A stretch of 64,000 bases of DNA, from NCBI RefSeq assembly GCF_036321535.1, contig NC_087436.1, positions 4,278,001 through 4,342,000 of the forward strand, written 5' to 3'. Below the pieces are notes generated by a model. It made no database searches. It saw only the letters and a program-made list of their open reading frames with translations, and was not told the origin of the DNA. The translations under genes were made by a program, and so were the position numbers. Below are positions 37,401 through 49,250 of this stretch, piece by piece (within the stretch, counting starts at the first letter, position 1; each line of letters opens with the position of its first letter). The stretch is from Camelus dromedarius. Its lineage: Eukaryota.

Positions 37401-40400
37401 GTGAAGCAGAGGCCCTTCTGAACACTGTGTGGGTGCAAAAGGTGGAAAGGAGAGTGGAACACAGTGTTGAGGGCTGCAGTGCTCACTGAGAAGGTGACTT
37501 AGACCCAAGACCTCAGTGAGTGCAGAGTGAGCCATGCAGACAGAGGTGCCCCTTGCGGGAGCCCGGAGCAAAGGCAGCAGCAAGGTCAGAGGCATTCCTG
37601 ATGAGACAGGAGCAATGCACGGTGCAGAACCAACCGGTGGGGCAGGGGAGCAGGCCCCGTACCTCCTTGATGGTAGGCTTCTAGCCAGTGATGGTTTCTG
37701 ACTACGTAACAGGCCGTGTTTGCACAAAGATGAGAACACACTCAAAACCTTAAATAAAATTCAGGATGTGAGCCTGGCTGGTGTGGCACATGCAGGTGCC
37801 CATGGGGATTAGTTCCCCCTTCCCTTTAACACTGGTTTATTGGGCAAAGGACTGAGGAGAGAAGGATGAAGCTGTGCTCCCCAGCAGGGCCAAGGCCCCC
37901 CGGTGATGAGGGCAATGATACCCAATACAGAATGTTCTCTGTAAAGGCCCCAACTGTATTTTGGAAAGAACCTAAAAGCATCCAGGTATTTTTCAATCCC
38001 AATATTGTAATGGGGATATTGAAACTCAAACAACTTGAAGAAATTTACCAAAGTTCCTCAATGTGTAGTTTGAATTCCGGGACCCCAAGGAAAAATTTCC
38101 AAGTGGATCTGTTTATTGTGTGAAAATGGTAAAATAAAAAGTCTCTTGCTAAACAAATAATTCTCTTTCATGCCCTTTCTCCCCTTATCTTCTCTGCTTT
38201 CCATCCCCATTAATGTACAGATTATGTCCCTTCATGGTACATTTTAAAATGCAGATTCTAATAGGTAAGCCATAGAGTCAGAGAGGCCGCGTTACTTGAA
38301 GCCACTCCTGCGAGGCCCAGATGCCCTGCCCCTCCCAGGCGCTATCACTGGGGTGGAGACAATAATGACTTTCTGCCCCAGGTGGATGGGAAACCAAGGC
38401 CGAAGAGATTAAGTAACTTTTATGAAGTCACACACCTGCTAAGGGCCAGTAGTTCCAAACTGTAGTCAAACTTTGCTTCCCTGGACGTGATGGAGCGCCG
38501 CTGCAGCAGCTGCAGGCTGGCGGCCAGACGTGGGGGCCGCCGTGACACGCTGCAGAGAGAACCCCAGCGCAGAAGCCACTCCACTGGTGCCCCGTTTACA
38601 AACTGTGCAAAGTGATTCCCTTCCTGGGCCTTTGATTCCTCCTCTGTAAAATGGGAGAGTTGGGTTAGATGAAATGTAAAAACTCTTCTGACTCGAACAT
38701 TTCATATTTCCAAATCCCGGCCTGGAGTTAGCTTTTCAGTGTTGGAAGTAATTTTTCTTTAGGAAACTGTTTTCCTGTAAGGAAAGGGATCATACCAGGA
38801 TGCTCTGGGGTGGGGCCTGCAGGATTTTGGGGCCTTCTTTTTATCTGGAACTCCTGCCACAAACTCCAGCTCAGGAGGGCGTAATGCACATGGCCTGCCT
38901 GGTGCCTGGTCTGGATGTTTTATTGTGTCTACATTTGCCGAACGGTTGGAGAAACAACTTCCCACCCACAAAGAAATACTTTTCTGTCTCTCATAAACAT
39001 CTTTGTAACTGCATTAATCATCTTTCCTTTCTGCAGAGGAAAAAAAACATCCTTACAATGTCATCTAAAACACCATTTTACATAATTCAGAAATAGCTGG
39101 GAAATTAATGTGTGTGAAATACCAGTAAATGTAACAGGTGAGAAATATATAAAGTCCCCAAATTTAAACCTCCATGCTTGTGAAGCACCTGTGCTCATAA
39201 TTTGTTTTAATAATTTGGAGCATTTGATGATTCCTAGATAGGCCATTAGTGCCTGCAGCACGTGGAACATTTTAACAAAACACAAGAAAAAGCATGATGC
39301 TTAATGTTATCTACCTGTAACTTCTAAAACACTAGAATGTTATTTCTAATGCTTTTCTCCTTTCCTTTACCAGAGAAGAGGGCCAAATGGAAAAATGACA
39401 GATTAATGAAGGAGAGGGACTTGGTGACAGGAGGGGGCGGGAGTCACCCACTCCTGGGCACAGGCTCGCTCCCTCAGTCCCAGCAGGTCAGGACATCGCC
39501 TGGAACGGGACAGAGAAATACATCAGTCCTGGAAGTCACCGGCAGTTTTCTTTATAAAATGGTAATCACAGGCCCCTGCCAATTAAAGGTTGTTCAAATG
39601 TCTCATCTCAAAATATATAATATGCAGTGCTGATTAGAATAAAGCCATCTTTATTTCTTCCTTATCAGGTCTGGGCACATTCCAAAAAAAAAAAAAATAT
39701 TTTCGATGTTACTTCCTCCAGGTCGCCTCTGCTTCTCCCCGGGCATCCGCCTTCACGTCCGTGGCCTCCACGGGCCACGCCTGCCCTGCGTGCACCCCTG
39801 GGTTCCTGAACATTCTCCCACCTACCCCAGGTCTTCCAGCTTTGGGAAGCTGTTCACCCACTCCACGATGTGAGTCCTACTCTGTGCTGGGCATGGTGCT
39901 AGGTTTATATAAGGACAGATGCAACGCCCTGCCTTCAGGAGTGCAGGCCTGCAGTGTGGAGAGCATGCGATGCCCCACTCAGAGCCCAGGCGAGGTGAGG
40001 GCAGGCTCCAGGAAGCCAGAGAGGAGGAGCTCCTCCACTCTGGAGGAACAGGCAGCTCTGCACAGACGGCCCCCCATCTGGTCCTCGGACTACCAGGCAG
40101 CAAGTGGACAGGTGAAGGGGTTATCAGTCAGGGAGGACTGTATCACAGCAGAGGAGTGAGACCATTTCAGGCATGGCAGATTGTGAAAAGTATTCGTTAC
40201 AGGGATCTCCTGGTAAAAGCAGCAGGGGACGTGACCTCAAGATGCAACAGGGGAGCACAGCGCTCTCCTGAGCAGGTCCAGGACTTGTCACCTGATTCCT
40301 GATATTAATCAACCTAGGGCCCTTTTTAGGAAAAGGATATAAAAATATAAAAACAACATTAAATGCAAATATATATATGTGTGTGTATATATATATATAC

Positions 40401-40549
40401 ACACTTATTTTGCATGAGAAAAACAAATACTTAACAATTGCAAATGCCACAAAAAATCACAAAATCTGGGAAAAAACAGATTTTATTTTCATTTGCTAGC
40501 TGGCCTGTCGTCATCATTCTCATGTGTCCTACCTCTTTTTTTTTCCCCC

Positions 40550-40730
40550 TGAAGAATGCAGGTGGTCTCTAGAAGCTGGAAAAGGCAAGGAAACAGATTG
40601 TCTCCTCTGGCCCCAGAAGGAATGCAGCCCTGGGGGCACCTTGATTTCATGCAGCAAGATAATAAACTTGTGCTGCCTCAAGTCACTGAGTTTGCACTCA
40701 CTTGTTAGAGCAGCAATGGGAAACTCTTAC
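40550..40730 (+). mobile_element. MaLR LTR fragment (MLT1C/D-like)
   Basis: CTAGAAGCTGGAAAAGGCAAGGAAACAGATT..GAAGGAATGCAGCCCTG..AGCAGCAATGGGAAAC. Confidence 0.8.
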
Positions 40731-40939
40731 TGTTGTGAATTCTGCACCTGACACATGTTAGTTATTCCCTGTGAAAGCACACCTTCAGCCTCCCTCCAGC
40801 TGCGTTTTCCTGGCGGGCTTGCGAACAGCTTGTCCACTTAATCCTACCTTGAGGATTAGAAGAGAAAGGAAGAAAACACAGTGAGAGCTCAGTGCTAGTT
40901 ATCTTCGTTCTTAGGGCAGCGTGCTGGTTATTGTGCCAA

Positions 40940-41258
40940 TATCTGACACTACATCTAACACCAGTGTGTGTGTGTTTTCCAACATCATTCAGTCCTCTGA
41001 CACTGACTGGATGTCCAGCAGTTCGATTCAGTTTAGGAGCTGTCTGAACTTGGTGCAGATTTCATGGGCTAAGGACTCGGTCTCACCACGCTACCCCCCT
41101 GCAGACACCAGCTGCAAAGGGGGTGCCCGGGATGCTGGTGGTTCTTCCTGGCCAACCACGAACTAGTGGGTTCCCATGACCTTCCCCTGTAGGTTCAATA
41201 CTTGTTGATAATGACTCACGGAACTCAGGTGAACACTTTATTTGTTTACGTTATAAAG
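40940..41258. mobile_element. MER21-like LTR fragment
   Basis: TCTGACACT, GGGTTCCCATGACC and GACTCACGGAACTCAGG motifs recalled from MER21 consensus. Confidence 0.6.
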
Positions 41259-41259
41259 A

Positions 41260-42075
41260 CTGTCTCAGGAACAGCAGGTTGTCTCCAGTTGAGTTCCCCT
41301 AGCAGGCCTTGGAGCGCCACTAAACTGGATGCTCTGGCAAGGGTGAGGGTGGGGCATTTGAACTTTTCGGCAAGCTCCCAGCCCAGGCATTTGAATGGAG
41401 GGTCATGTTGTATGTTTCTTTTTTGGAACTTGGAAGCCCCAGGAATTAAAGGTAGCAATTAGGTCCTGTGGCTTCCCTCATTCTGGCTAGCCAGCAGGGT
41501 ATCACCCATGTAGGCCAGCACAATGCACTGAGGGTGCAGTTCCCGCCAGGGGTCAAGGATGGTTGCCAGGGCCTTTTGGCACCCTTCTGAAGAGAAAGCC
41601 ATGCCCTGGAGAAACACAGTCCATGGGGAGTGTGGGGCTGGACCCTCGCAGTTGGCCTTGGGAACCATAAATGCAAGAGAAGGCCTGTACCCCTTTTTCA
41701 CGGGGACTGTGAAAAAGGCGACCTTGCTGTCTAGTATTGAGACATGTGGGTGGGTCATAGGGGGTCTCCCCAGCCAAGGGATGCCCTCTTGGGACTGGCC
41801 AGGTTGTGGCAAGCAATGTTCCAACCAAGGAGTGTTCCATGGTGAGTCTGAGGGCTCAGTTTGGCCTGCCCCCCATTTTTCTGTGACTAAGTTCTTAATG
41901 GTGGCCAGACACTCCCTACTTAAGGGCCATTGGGGAATTTTTGGTCCTGCCTTGGTGGTGTCCAGGGGCTTAGCAATAGGCTCCAGCCAATGTTGTTTAA
42001 GATGATTCTCAGGCGACCGGGCAGGGTCAGGGGATCACCCTGAGTCAGCTTCAGTGGGTCCCCCACTCGTTTCCC
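41260..42075 (-). pseudogene. pol: ERV reverse transcriptase, disrupted and truncated
   Basis: GPKIPQWPL..SPWNTP; ILDSKVAFFTVP..AFMVP; LQGM; YMGD (degenerate YMDD); PPFKCLGWEL; LQGLLGELNW. Confidence 0.92.
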
Positions 42076-42878
42076 ACCTCCAGGATTTTGATCTTATTGC
42101 CCCATTTTGCTAGGACATCCCGGCCGATGATGACTTGGAGCAAGTCTGGGACAATTATGGGGTCCTATGTCTCTTCCTATATTTGATAGTCTGGGAGGGC
42201 CACGGTGACAGGCACTCAAAATTTTTGTAGTTGTCCCATGAGGCCCCCAATTCCCCACACTGCCCCCTCTACTGGATCCAGTGGCTTGCCAGTACCATGA
42301 GCCAATTCCTTCCCGACCACCGACCTGTCGGCGCCTGTATTGAGGTGGCCTCAGACTTCCTGGCCTGCAACTCATACTCTGATTACAGGTCGACGATCTA
42401 GGTCCAGGACCGGGAATGTCTGGGCTTGACCCCATCAGATGGGGGAAGTGCCAAGTACTGCGAGTTGGGCAGTGATCCCTGGTGCGCATGTCCCAGTCCA
42501 GATTATTGTAATTTTTTTATTGGAGAATCACCTCAGTCCAAATCCCTGGGAGTAGCCAATTGTTTGCTGTGTCAAAATTATATCATTTTGGCCACCTGAC
42601 ATCAACACAGCCAATAAGCTCTGGTGGGATATTCAGACTGGCCCCCAGGGGGACTGGGGTGACCACCCCAGCTCCTGGCAGTCTCTGATCATGGCTGTGA
42701 AGAGATCAAAGCAGTCGGCACCATCCATAATGGGCCACAGGACTTGGGCGCCAGGTTGCAGGGCTTGACATTTGAGGGCTATGGCAGGGGTGTCCCCATG
42801 GCAGATGACGACTTCTCCCTCTCAGTCATCCGGGGGAGGGCCACGGGGACTTACTGGCCCTCCCGCTATCCGTTTTTT
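42051..42878 (-). pseudogene. pro: ERV pro with an N-terminal dUTPase-like domain, disrupted
   Basis: GADCFDLFTA..VTPVPLGASLNIPPELIG (dUTPase-like); HLNTGADRSVV (DTGAD with D to N); IIGRDVL. Confidence 0.85.
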
Positions 42879-44215
42879 GCCGGCTTCTCGGGGCACAAGG
42901 CTGCCCAGTGACCAGGTTTTTGGCAGATGGGGCAGGGTGTTTTTGGCCTGACAGTGGGGTCAGGCATAGGTTTTCTGCCTGTGCCTTGGTGCCTACAAAG
43001 GCATTCACTTTTCCAGTGCCCATCTTGCCCATAATAAAAACAAGGCCTTTTTGGTTGAGGGCCTCTGGGCCCAGGACACCTTGCCTGGCCACTGTGGCTG
43101 TTCGGGCCTCCGCGAGGGCCACAGCCTCGGGATGGATCTCATTTGCTACCCAAATTTTGTCAGTTAGGCTCCCTTTTTTTTGCCCTCTAGCAGTCAAGGT
43201 GTTGTGAATGGGGTTGATGGCGTTGGTAACTGAGAGCTCCTCTATGAGAATCTCTTGGGTCCCTGAGTTGAAGGTGACCTGGTCCGCCGCCTTTTGCAGC
43301 CTATCCAGGAAGGTTGAATACTCCTCCATGGGGCCTCACAGGGCCTTGGCCAGAGCCTCCCGGAGACCCGCCTGGGGCCAGCGCTCCATGGCCTCAATAA
43401 CCCGGTCCTGATAACATCGGCGAAGAGCTGCACTGGGGAGGGAGTGCACACGCTGGTCATTTCCCCCAACTGCGCTGCCTTTCATGGTTGAGTGTTGGCC
43501 GGACTAGCAACCCATTGCTCGATTCGCTCCTGGATCAGACTGGTGGCCATCGCCATTTGCACCGGTGTGAGAACTCCCCTGAGCAGGTGCCTTAGATCCA
43601 GGCCGGTGGGATTGGTGGCATCTATGATGCCCCGGAGGACTTGTACACACCCTGGGCTGCCTGGACCATATTCCTTGGTTTCCCTCAGGTCTTTATAGGC
43701 CTGGGTATTCCAAGGTACCCGCTGTGGGAGGCCTTGGGCATCTTGGATGACTGGAAAGGCCTGAGTGGCAAGGACCTTCCAGAAGGGACTGGGGTTATTA
43801 TTCCAAATATCCCCATCCCATTCCTCTGGATCTATGGCTCTTGGGGGGGGGCTCCCTGGGTTCCCTCCTTTGGCGTGGAGCTGGGAGGTCCAGCTTCCCA
43901 GGTTCTCTCGCAGCCTCTAGCCGGCTCCAGGTTGGCTCTGGGGTTTGTCTCCTCCCACATGGTCTTGGCCAGAGCCAGTAGTGGGAGATCTTTACGCCTT
44001 CCCATTATTATTTGGGTTGTTCTATGGCAGTCGGAGGGTTCCAGGACACCCTCACTGGGGAAACACTCCTTGTATTTAATGTTTTCATCCAGGACTCAGC
44101 TGTTCCCTTTCCATAATTCCCATATCCCAAGCGGTCCTTGTTGGCTATCACGTTTTCCAGCAAACCCCATGTCGTGCGTGCCCCCCTAGATCGGGATGTG
44201 GACTGAGCTTTCCCG
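42866..44215 (-). pseudogene. gag: ERV gag (MA-CA-NC), disrupted
   Basis: GKAQS N-terminal-like motif; FPSEGVLEP; CA start FPVIQD..YGPGSP; MHR GPMEEYSTFLDRL; knuckles CFYYGQDGHWKSEC and CPICQKPGHWAALC. Confidence 0.9.
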
Positions 44216-44709
44216 AGGGTGAGCTGAAGAAAGTGCCTCAGTTCCTCAGGCTGGTCCGGAGGGCAGTGCAGGGCCTGTGGATGGGGCTCAGGCCTTAGAC
44301 GCCGGGTGGGCTGCCAGGGAGGCTGAATGACGGGCTGGGGCTGTTGTGGGGAGCAGGATGGCTTAGTGTTTTCCCCACAGCACCGGTAACCGCACAGCCG
44401 CCGTTTCCCAGGCAGCAAACTAAGAGAATGGTTGTAACAGGGCTACTGGCCGCCCGGAAGTCACATTTCCCATTTTTAGGGTCGATTTCAGTTGCGTTGG
44501 TTGCATTGTTGTTTGTGCAACCCCGTAATTTGGTCAAATTGTAACTGGCTAGTGTCCGGACACCAAGGGCGTCAGGACTAACTTGGCGCCACCACAGGCA
44601 AGCCCAGTGGGCCAGGCCAGAGTTATCAGAAAAAGGCAAAGGGAAGGGAAGAAACGGGCCATTCTCATAAGGAAAGAAGCCACAAGATCGCGAGATGCCG
44701 GAAAGATGC

Positions 44710-44727
44710 TCCTCACGTGGGGCACCA
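44710..44727 (-). promoter_or_regulatory. Primer-binding site, best match elongator tRNA-Met
   Basis: TGGTGCCCCACGTGAGGA two nt after the LTR end; 16/18 to recalled TGGTGCCCCGTGTGAGGA versus 14/18 to tRNA-Lys(CTT). Confidence 0.75.
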
Positions 44728-44729
44728 CT

Positions 44730-45297
44730 TGTCAGGCTCAGGTGTCTCTGCTGGGCCGAGGGTGATCAAGCCTTTCCCGGGTTCTGAGCATCTCCAGCCC
44801 GACAAACCTGGGGACCCTAAAAAATCTGTCAGCTATCTTTTTTTCTGACGACCACCATGCGTGGGTTCCCTGGACTTTGCATCCCCAGTTGCTTGTGTGC
44901 GGAGTGAAGAAAGAGCCGAGAGCCAAGTGTTCAGGCGCAAGGCAGACGGGTTCAGGACGGGAGGGGACCGGGCCCGCGCTTCTACCAGCCTATCCGAGGC
45001 CAGGAGTGCACTGGACCCAGATCGCCCCCCAACTCCTGACAACCTCGGCATTTTGTTGAATTATCAACCAGTCAAGCAAAAGGGCTAGGGTGGGGGTCGC
45101 AGGCATGGGGGGAGACGGGTGGTGGTTAGTTTTGATTGGTGACCTTTAACGCATTGGGGGGCCTTTAGCGCTTAGAAGGTGTGGGGCCACTGTCCATTTG
45201 CTCGTCTGCCTGGCCCACGGTCACTGTGCTACTGCGCTCGGCCAAGTGTTGTCTTTTGCAAGCCAGCAGCTGCCGTTCTTGCTGGCCTGATCCTACA
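44730..45297 (-). mobile_element. 5' LTR of the class II ERV (~568 bp)
   Basis: TGTAGG...CCTGACA termini; two CCAAT boxes near 45134 and 45152; directly followed by the PBS. Confidence 0.8.
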
Positions 45298-46244
45298 GTG
45301 ATGACTTACTTTTTGTTTCCCTTGTGATTTTTGTTTTGTTTCAGAGCCAGCTCGCCTGCTTAAGCCTTACACATCACACCTGAGTGATCACTTGACCACC
45401 CCCCGAGTGACCAGTTGACCCCACTGTGTGACCCAGTCATCAGTTTGGCTCTTCAGTTGGCTCAGAGCTCAGGACGTTCTCAACTGATGTGGTTGCTCTG
45501 CCAAGGGTTCTTCCCTGCAACTGACAGACCCTGGATGAGCAGTTAACGTGCATTCCCTGGGGAGGTGGCCGTCTGGGCTGCTGTTTGCGTGGCTTAGTTA
45601 ATTAAGTCTGTGACACTCAGCGTCTCACTAACTTGTGATCTGATCACCTGATCGAGTAGCCTGGACAAAGGCTGGTCAGAAAATGGGCAGGAGTTCAAGT
45701 CTCTCTTCACCAAAACCGAGGCTCTATTCTATAAACTCCTCATCCTTCTCTAGACCGGGGAGCGACAGGGACAGAGAACCATGGCCTGTGATAGGGTGCC
45801 CTCCATGACCTCAGCCGGAAGACCCCACCCCGGGACTCTGGGGATCAACAGACAGACTCTCCCACTGACCTCATGTAACTGTCCCTTCTCACCACGCTCC
45901 CAGGCAACACTCAAGCTGACAGTGGCCCTGTCTTCATCAACCCATGGAAATCCTGCCTGGGAATTCCAGTCTCTTCCCTTTTAAAAAACTTCTGCATTTA
46001 GGCCTCTCCTATTTGCTTTCAGGTTTGCACACGTACATTCAGAAGAGCTGAGCTGTGAGTCCCCTTTCCTGTACCGTCTTTGCGAGGGTGGCATCTCCTG
46101 CTTCAGTGAAAGCGGTGTGGTGTGTTTGCTGTGCCTGCTCTCTGGAGGAGTGTGTATAAACCTGACGTTAGGAAATAGTACACTTTTCTAAATTTAGGAA
46201 AATATTTGAAGCAGCTGGCTTGACAGAAGATTCAAAAATATACA

Positions 46245-47025
46245 TTAAGTTTGTCATCATTAAAAAAGTCCACAAATACTAAACGCTAGAGAGGCTGTGG
46301 AGAAGAGAACCCTCTTACACGGCTGCTGGGAACGTAGTTTGGTGCAGCCGTTATGGAAAACAGTAAGGAGATTCCTCCAAAAACTAAAAATAGACCGTGT
46401 CTGATCCAGCAATCCCACCCTGGGTGTATATCCAGAGGGAACTCTAATTCAAAGACATACATGCACCCCAATGTTCACAGCAGCACTATATACAACAGCC
46501 AAGACACAAAAGCAACTTAAACGTCCATTGACAGATGACTGGATAAAGAAGTTGTGATATATTTCTATAATGGAATACTACTCAGGCATAAAAAATAAAA
46601 CAATGCCATTTGCAACAACATGGATGGATCCAGAGATGGTCATTCTACGTGAAGCCAGAAAAAGAAATATACCATGATATCACTCATATATAGAATCTAA
46701 AAAAAGAAATAAAGAGGACACTAATGAACTCGTTTACAAAACAGAAACAGACTTGCAGACATATTAAAAATCTTATGGTTACTGGGGGAAAGGGAGTGGC
46801 AAGGGATAAATTTGGGAGTTTGAGATTTGCAAATATTAGCCACTATATATAAAAATAGATTTAAAAAAACAAATTTCTTCTGTATAGCACAGGGAATTAG
46901 ATTCAATATCTTATAATAACCTTTAATGAAAATGAATATCAAAATGAGTATTATGTATATATATGCAACACTGGGACATCTGGCACATTGTAACTGACTG
47001 TACTTCAACAAAAATTAAAAAAAAG
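46245..47025 (+). mobile_element. LINE-1 3' end
   Basis: GATCCAGCAATCCCAC, TATAGCACAGGGAA, A-tail. Confidence 0.93.
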
Positions 47026-47049
47026 TGCACTACAAGTATTTGTTAGGAT

Positions 47050-47800
47050 AAGATAATCCTGATAAACTGCTGCTGGGAATGTAAACTGAAATAGTCCTTA
47101 CGGAAAACAGTATGGAGTCTCCTCAAAAAAATTAAAACAAGAACTAATTTGGGATCCAGCAGTTCCGCCTCTGGGTGTACAGCCATAGGAAATGAAAACA
47201 GGGTATCAAAGAGGTGTCTGCACAGCCATGTCCATGCAGCATTATACCCAACAGCCAAGACACGGAAACAAACTCAATGACCGTCCAAGGATGAGCGGAT
47301 AAAGAAGTCACAAACACACATACTCAGTGGGCTATTACTCAGTCGTCTTGTGGCAACTTGGGGGCATTAATCAAAATAAGCCAGACCCCACGGTATCACA
47401 TATATGTAGAATCTTTATTAAAAAAGAAAAGTCAAATTCATAGAAACAAAGAGAAGAAAAATGATTACCAAGGTTGGAGGGTGGAGAAATCATGAGTGTT
47501 TGGTAAAACGATAGAAACGTTCAGCTATAATATGAGTAAGGTTTCAGGAGCTGAAGTAAAACATGGTGTCTAGCGTTGGTAACACCGTATTGTATAACTG
47601 AGATTGTTAAGGGCAGAAACTATGTGTTCACACTGAGAAAAAAAGGATAAATATTTGAGGTGATGGATGTGTTAACTAGATGGAAAGAATTATTTTACTG
47701 TGTATATGTACTTCAAAGCATCGTATTAATATTCTACAATTAGAGGTCAATTATGCCTTAATAAAGCTGAAATTAAAATGTAAAGATAAAGAAATAAAAC
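47050..47800 (+). mobile_element. Older LINE-1 3' end
   Basis: GGAAAACAGTATGGAG, GAGGTGATGGATGTGTTAAC, CTTAATAAAGCTG. Confidence 0.85.
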
Positions 47801-48789
47801 TTAAAGAGATTTTACAATCTTTTTGCCTTCTTTTTTCAGTTAGTCACTAGCCTAGTCATTTTTTATTCTCTCTGTACTCAGCCAACCCTATAAATCCACT
47901 TCAATCCAACATACTTAACTGAGACCAGTTTGATGCAGGCTCTCAGATAAAAACTGGGGTGGAAAACAAAATGGAAAATCAAACACTTTATGGTGAATGG
48001 ACACAAATTTGAATACTAGCTCTTTAGTAGCGGTTAATTGTGAAAAACTGGGCAAGCCATGAATCTCAATATTCACACATGTATATTGGAAATAACAACT
48101 AGAAACAATGGTATCAACATTGAATTTGGGGGGAAAATTTTGTAAGCTGGTAAAAACTCTATAGAAAGTAAATATATTACTTGGTTTGCATAAAACAAAT
48201 AATCCTTATCATTTTGTTATTTATTAGAGAGACATATGTGGAGGCTGATAAATATGTTTCGCACAGAAATAAGATATACTCAGATGGCATTCACTGATAC
48301 CTGTTTCAGAGGAATGTATTACCAGTTCACATTAACTGTATCTTAAGCCTAATCCATTATTTATGAATATATACTCTGTCTAAGGTATTTTAGACACGTC
48401 AAGATTTTCATTTACTTTTGTCTTATCCTGTGGGGCTTTCCAGGGTCAGACCCCTTGCCCGTGTCCTCTGCTGTGGCTCCTCTCTGAGTTACCCAGATAG
48501 CAGATGCAGTGTCTCATGTAGATCTCCTGAGTTTCTCAGATGCTCAAAACCATCACCAAAGGGAAGAAGTTAACTACTTGGTGATCAAGAGCACGTGGCC
48601 CCCAGACATCTGGCACCTAGGGGTTGACAGTTTTGACTGCCCTGTTACCTCAACACCAACCAACCAGAGAATTATGCGTGAGCTGATCGAGTACCCTGCG
48701 ACCCCCCTCCACTACCAGCCTTTAATGCTCCTGCTTTGCTGGAACATTTCTGCGAGTCTGGGCTTTTCTTGGGCATGAGCCACCCGTGG

Positions 48790-49250
48790 TATATATACAC
48801 AAACACGATGCATGTGACTCAGCAGTGAGATAGTAAAATTCTGCCGTTTGCAGCACTGTGGATGGATGTATCATGCTCAGGGAAATAAGTCAGGTAGAGA
48901 AATACAGGTACAGTGTGACATTACATACATGTAAAATCTAAAAAATAAAACTAAGGAATGTATATGGCAAAACAGAAACAGATTCACGAAAAAGAAAACA
49001 AGCTAGTGGTTACCAGTAGGGAGAGGGAAGGCAAAAGGGAGGGCAAGATATGGGTATGAAATTAAGAGATATAGTCAACTACGTACAAAACACACAAGCA
49101 ACAAGGGTGTACTGTACAGCACAGGGACTTACACCCATTACTTTATAGTAACTTTTAATGGAGTATAAATTATAAAAATACTGAGCTGGACACCTGAATC
49201 ATGCTGAATATCATGAATCAACTGTATCTCAAATAAACAAACAAAATAAA
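48790..49250 (+). mobile_element. LINE-1 3' UTR fragment, preceded by an LTR-like fragment (~48385-48785)
   Basis: GCCGTTTGCAGCACTGTGGATGGA, TACTGTACAGCACAGGGA, A-rich tail. Confidence 0.8.

Larger units (their letters stand above)
41260..45297 (-). mobile_element. Class II endogenous retrovirus, 3'-truncated: LTR, PBS, pre-gag ORF, gag, dUTPase-pro, partial pol (RT)
   Basis: Ordered retroviral motifs on the minus strand (see sub-features); RNase H, integrase, env and 3' LTR not present. Confidence 0.93.

Noticed and set aside
39374..39400. KRAKWKN as a homeodomain helix-3 end
   Set aside because: No preceding WF(Q/K)N and no upstream homeodomain exon found
41995..42001. CTTAAAC as a deltaretrovirus-type TTTAAAC pro/pol slippery site
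   Set aside because: Imperfect and downstream of the pro stop; GGGAAAC at 42075-42069 fits better
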